Source: Candidatus Magasanikbacteria bacterium RIFOXYB2_FULL_38_10
GTDB taxonomy: Bacteria > Patescibacteriota > Patescibacteriia > Magasanikbacterales > UBA10003
Assembly: GCA_001783145.1 (NCBI GenBank)
Contig: MFQT01000010.1
Span: 1-47,449 of the forward strand
Length of the DNA: 47,449 bases
Direction of reading: 5' to 3'
Position numbers and translations under genes: made by a program. This document shows positions 44,249-47,449 of the stretch, in pieces (positions within the stretch are counted from its first letter, which is position 1; the number at the start of each line of letters is the position of its first letter). The notes beneath the pieces are model-generated. The model had not been told where the DNA came from, searched no databases, and was given only the letters and a program-made list of their open reading frames with translations.

Positions 44249-45775
44249 ATGCAAGATTATCTTTCCATCATTACCGTGGGAGGCAGTGTTCTCCTCGGTC
44301 TTATAATTGGCTATTTTGTTCGCAAACAAATTGCCAAAACTCAAGCCGATTCCATAGAAGCCAAGGCGGAAAAAATTATCGCCGAGACCAAAACCAAACA
44401 ACAGGAAATGCTTATCCGCGCCAAGGAAAAGGCCCTGCAAATGATTGACGATTCCAAGCGCGAAGATGAAAATCGCCGCAAAGAATTGCGCGTCATTCAA
44501 CAACGTTTGGAAAAACGCGAAACTTTGTTTGATCAAAAACTTTTGGAGTTGCAGGACAAACAACAAAAAATTCAAGAAAAAGTAGAAAAGATCAACCAGA
44601 TTCAAGCCGAAGTGCAAACAATTAGAGAAGAAGAAATTTCCAAATTACAAAAGATTGCGGAACTAAGCCGCGAAGAAGCCCGCGACGAATTATTTAAAAA
44701 AGTGGAGGCCCAAATTAAAGATGATTTAATGGGCCGCATTATGAAATTGGAGCAAGAATCTTCCGAGGCTTTTGAACAAAAAGCTCGGGAAATTGTAGTG
44801 GATGCCATTCAACGTTATGCCGCGCCCCAGTCTGCCGAAACAACTTCCACTGTAGTGGACTTGCCTAATGACGAAATGAAAGGACGCATTATTGGCAAAG
44901 AAGGACGCAACATTAAAACCTTAGAAAAAATGACAGGTTGTGAACTGATTATTGATGACACTCCCAATGCCATTACTGTTTCCGGATTCTCTCCTATCCG
45001 CCGCCAAGTGGCCGCCTTGGCTTTGCGCAAACTCATTGCCGACGGCCGCATTCAACCAGCCAGAATAGAAGAGTTTGTGGAATCAGCCAAAATTGATTTA
45101 TCCACCGATATTAAAAAAACTGGTGAAGCCGCAGTTTATCAGTTAGGCTTTACTGGACTTGACCCCAAGTTTGTACAAATCATTGGTCGTTTAAAATACA
45201 GAACCTCTTTTGGCCAAAACATTTTAAATCACTCTTTAGAAGTGGCTTACCTTTCCGCTATGATTGCCGAGGAACTTGGTGCTGACGCCATTGTGGCTAA
45301 AAAGGCTGGTTTCTTTCATGACATTGGCAAAGCCATAGATCATGAAACACAAGGCGGACACCCGGAAATTGGTTATCAAATTTTAAAGAAATTTAATTTT
45401 GATGAAGAAATTGCCTACGCCGCCCTGGGTCATCATGAGGACAAACCCAAAACTTTGATTGCTTGCATCGTTAAATCCGCCGACGCCATTTCCGGCGCTC
45501 GCATTGGTGCACGCAAAGATACCTATGAACAATATATTCATCGCCTAGAAGAATTGGAAAAAACCGCCAGTGCTTTTGAAGGCATAGAAAAAGTTTATGC
45601 CATTCAAGCCGGACGCGAAGTGCGCGTGTTTGTTAAACCAGAAGAAATGGATGACACTAAATCCTATAATTTGGCGCGCGACATTGCCAAAAAGATTGAA
45701 GAAGAACTGCAATATCCGGGCGAAATTAAAGTGACTGTGATTAGAGAAAAAAGAATAATTGAGTACGCGAAATAA
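44249..45775 (+). CDS. rny: ribonuclease Y (N-terminal TM, coiled coil, KH and HD domains)
   Basis: 508 aa; KH GRIIGKEGRNIKTLE; HD HSLEVAYLSAMIAEELG...FFHDIGKA. Confidence 0.95.
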   Translation: MQDYLSIITVGGSVLLGLIIGYFVRKQIAKTQADSIEAKAEKIIAETKTKQQEMLIRAKEKALQMIDDSKREDENRRKELRVIQQRLEKRETLFDQKLLELQDKQQKIQEKVEKINQIQAEVQTIREEEISKLQKIAELSREEARDELFKKVEAQIKDDLMGRIMKLEQESSEAFEQKAREIVVDAIQRYAAPQSAETTSTVVDLPNDEMKGRIIGKEGRNIKTLEKMTGCELIIDDTPNAITVSGFSPIRRQVAALALRKLIADGRIQPARIEEFVESAKIDLSTDIKKTGEAAVYQLGFTGLDPKFVQIIGRLKYRTSFGQNILNHSLEVAYLSAMIAEELGADAIVAKKAGFFHDIGKAIDHETQGGHPEIGYQILKKFNFDEEIAYAALGHHEDKPKTLIACIVKSADAISGARIGARKDTYEQYIHRLEELEKTASAFEGIEKVYAIQAGREVRVFVKPEEMDDTKSYNLARDIAKKIEEELQYPGEIKVTVIREKRIIEYAK

Positions 45776-45786
45776 AACCAATTCTC

Positions 45787-46602
45787 ATGTTCAAAGTTTT
45801 AATCTTTGGCGATATAGTGGGCAAAACAGGCCGTCAAGCTGTGGCAAAAATCTTGCCTAAGCTCAAAAAGCAGTTTCATCCCCATCTTATCATCGCCAAT
45901 GTAGAAAATTTAGCTCACGGCACAGGAGTCACGCCTAAAACTTTAGCTATTTTAGAAGAGGCCGGTGTGCAAGTGTTTACCGGTGGCGATCATATTTTTG
46001 CCAAACCAGATGCGGCGAAAATTTTTGAACGTGAGGACTCGCCACTGATCCATCCGGCCAATATGTCCGTGCCTTTGGGCCAGGGTGAAAAAATGCTAAC
46101 CGTTGCCAAAAAACGGGTACTTGTGGTAAACTTATTAGGAAGAGTCTTTCTTGGGGAAAAGTTAAATGAAAAAGGCATTGCCATTAGCAATCCTTTTAAA
46201 ACTTTTGATGAAACCCTTAAAAAATATCAAGATCAAAAACCGCAAATAGTAATTGTGGATTTTCATACCGAAGCCACTTCGGAACAAGTGGCTATGGGTT
46301 ATCACTTAGACGGCCGCGCCAGCGTTTTGTTTGGCACCCACACTCACATCCCTACCGCCGATGCCCAAATTTTAGATGAAGGTTTAGGCTACATTACAGA
46401 TGTGGGCATGAGCGGAGCCAAGAATACGGTTTTAGGAGTTGATAAAAACATCATCTTAAAAAGATTTTTAGAAGATGCCAAAGAAAGCTTTGACTGGCCG
46501 GAATTAAGTGAAGCGGTAGTTAATGCTTTATATGTGGAAATTAGTGAAAAAACCGGCCGCGCCAAAAAAATAAAACTAATTCAAAAAACCATCAAAATTT
46601 AA
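45787..46602 (+). CDS. ymdB: YmdB-family 2',3'-cyclic-nucleotide phosphodiesterase (calcineurin-like metallophosphoesterase)
   Basis: 271 aa; MFKVLIFGDIVGKTGR, GGDHIF, VVDFHTEATSE, GTHTHIPTAD; directly downstream of rny as in Firmicutes. Confidence 0.85.
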   Translation: MFKVLIFGDIVGKTGRQAVAKILPKLKKQFHPHLIIANVENLAHGTGVTPKTLAILEEAGVQVFTGGDHIFAKPDAAKIFEREDSPLIHPANMSVPLGQGEKMLTVAKKRVLVVNLLGRVFLGEKLNEKGIAISNPFKTFDETLKKYQDQKPQIVIVDFHTEATSEQVAMGYHLDGRASVLFGTHTHIPTADAQILDEGLGYITDVGMSGAKNTVLGVDKNIILKRFLEDAKESFDWPELSEAVVNALYVEISEKTGRAKKIKLIQKTIKI

Positions 46603-46641
46603 TTTTTAATTTAAACCCGTGATGGCGGGTAAAAAGAAACT

Positions 46642-46920
46642 ATGAATAAAGCAGAGCTCATCAATTTAATAACAGAAAAATGCACTGTTACTAAAAAACA
46701 GGCAGAATGTTTTGTGGATACTTTTGTAGACACAACCATTAACACTTTAAAAGCCGGTGGCGAAGTGACCATTGCCGGTTTTGGTACTTTTTCCGCTCGC
46801 AGAAGAGCCGGCCGCATTGGTGTCAATCCCCAAAAACCAACAGAAAAAATCCAAATTCCTTCCGTGATTGTGCCTAAATTCAAAGCCGGTAAAACCTTAA
46901 AAGATGCTTTGAAAAAATAA
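46642..46920 (+). CDS. hup: DNA-binding protein HU
   Basis: 92 aa; ELINLI...GFGTFSARRRAGRIGVNPQKPTEKIQIP. Confidence 0.95.
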   Translation: MNKAELINLITEKCTVTKKQAECFVDTFVDTTINTLKAGGEVTIAGFGTFSARRRAGRIGVNPQKPTEKIQIPSVIVPKFKAGKTLKDALKK

Positions 46921-46948
46921 GCGCTATCCCTTTTAATTTCCAATTTAA

Positions 46949-46990
46949 AACACCCCTGCGCAAACGGGGGTGTTTTTGTTTTTACTAATT
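46949..46990 (+). terminator. rho-independent terminator after hup
   Basis: cacccctgcgcaaacgggggtg hairpin followed by TTTTTGTTTTT. Confidence 0.75.
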
Positions 46991-46992
46991 GG

Positions 46993-47265
46993 CTAATTCA
47001 TTGGTGCAGAAGGCGGAGTATTTTTGGGTGACTCCATTTTCTTTTGTCCAAACTTTTCTCCACTAAAAAGAAAGATATAGACAATCTCCAAAATACCTAC
47101 GGTGTTAAATATGAGCAAAGCACCAAACCAAATTTTTTGGCCTTTGCGGGCGGCTAGCCAAAGAGCCCAAGCTTTCCAAAAAAGACTCCAGAGCATTAAA
47201 GGCACCAGAAGCCCTATCCCCCAACCCCAGCCTCCGTAGTTAAAATTGTACATCATATTGTACAT
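46993..47265 (-). CDS. small Trp-rich two-TM membrane protein, hypothetical
   Basis: 90 aa; GGWGWGIGLLVPLMLWSLFWKAWALWLAARKG. Confidence 0.5.
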   Translation of the reverse strand: MYNMMYNFNYGGWGWGIGLLVPLMLWSLFWKAWALWLAARKGQKIWFGALLIFNTVGILEIVYIFLFSGEKFGQKKMESPKNTPPSAPMN

Positions 47266-47328
47266 ATTAGTGAAGGTTAAGAATTAAAAATCATCTTTAA
47301 TTTTCTAAATATATTATAGCACAAATTT

Positions 47329-47360
47329 AAAAATAATCCATTTGCATGGATTATTTTTAT
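47329..47360. terminator. 12-bp perfect palindromic hairpin aaaataatccat-ttgc-atggattatttt (bidirectional terminator-like)
   Basis: A/T-flanked perfect hairpin downstream of the small membrane protein gene. Confidence 0.45.
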
Positions 47361-47449
47361 ATGTTTATATAATTCGGCTCGGACCTTTTTCCTTAACCCC
47401 GGACTTGCGAAACGGGCTGACAAAGAGGTTATTTTCCCGAACTAATTTA

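Noticed and set aside
44198-44617. 139-aa minus-strand ORF overlapping the rny 5' end
   Set aside because: Antisense to the conserved RNase Y N-terminus; Phe/Leu-rich translation of an AT-rich antisense strand.

Overview
The window is a low-GC (~35%) chromosomal segment typical of a Candidate Phyla Radiation (Patescibacteria) bacterium. Most genes are compact, on the minus strand, and housekeeping: LemA-TPM, glyQS, frr, holB, mreB, tsaB-like, rplJ-rplL with an L10 leader, pyrH, xseAB, split ComEC, leuS, gdh, trxA, infB, guaB, rny-ymdB and hup. There is also a cell-envelope glycan cluster (GT4, DUF4012-like, processive GT2). The segment is interrupted by four compositionally foreign blocks at 55-68% GC. 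(A) A small unknown ORF on a perfect TTGACA-N17-TATAAT promoter with its own terminator. (B) A 3-gene minus-strand operon plus about 1.1 kb of palindrome-rich non-coding DNA. The operon encodes a PPDK-derived phospho-histidine phosphotransferase whose C-terminal substrate domain is replaced by an unknown domain, a CX5R dual-specificity phosphatase with a G/S/Y low-complexity tail, and a basic protein with a histone-H1-like K/A/P tail. (C) An orphan SufS cysteine desulfurase, again behind a perfect consensus promoter. (D) A flotillin-like SPFH protein, next to an intermediate-GC gene encoding a Cys-cluster protein. No integrase, transposase, tRNA or target-site duplications accompany these blocks, so very recent horizontal transfer or an assembly chimera cannot be distinguished from sequence alone. 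Other notable points are a Nudix hydrolase domain inserted in-frame into LeuRS and a radical-SAM gene split by a perfect 31-bp tandem duplication. I found no CRISPR array, rRNA or tRNA.
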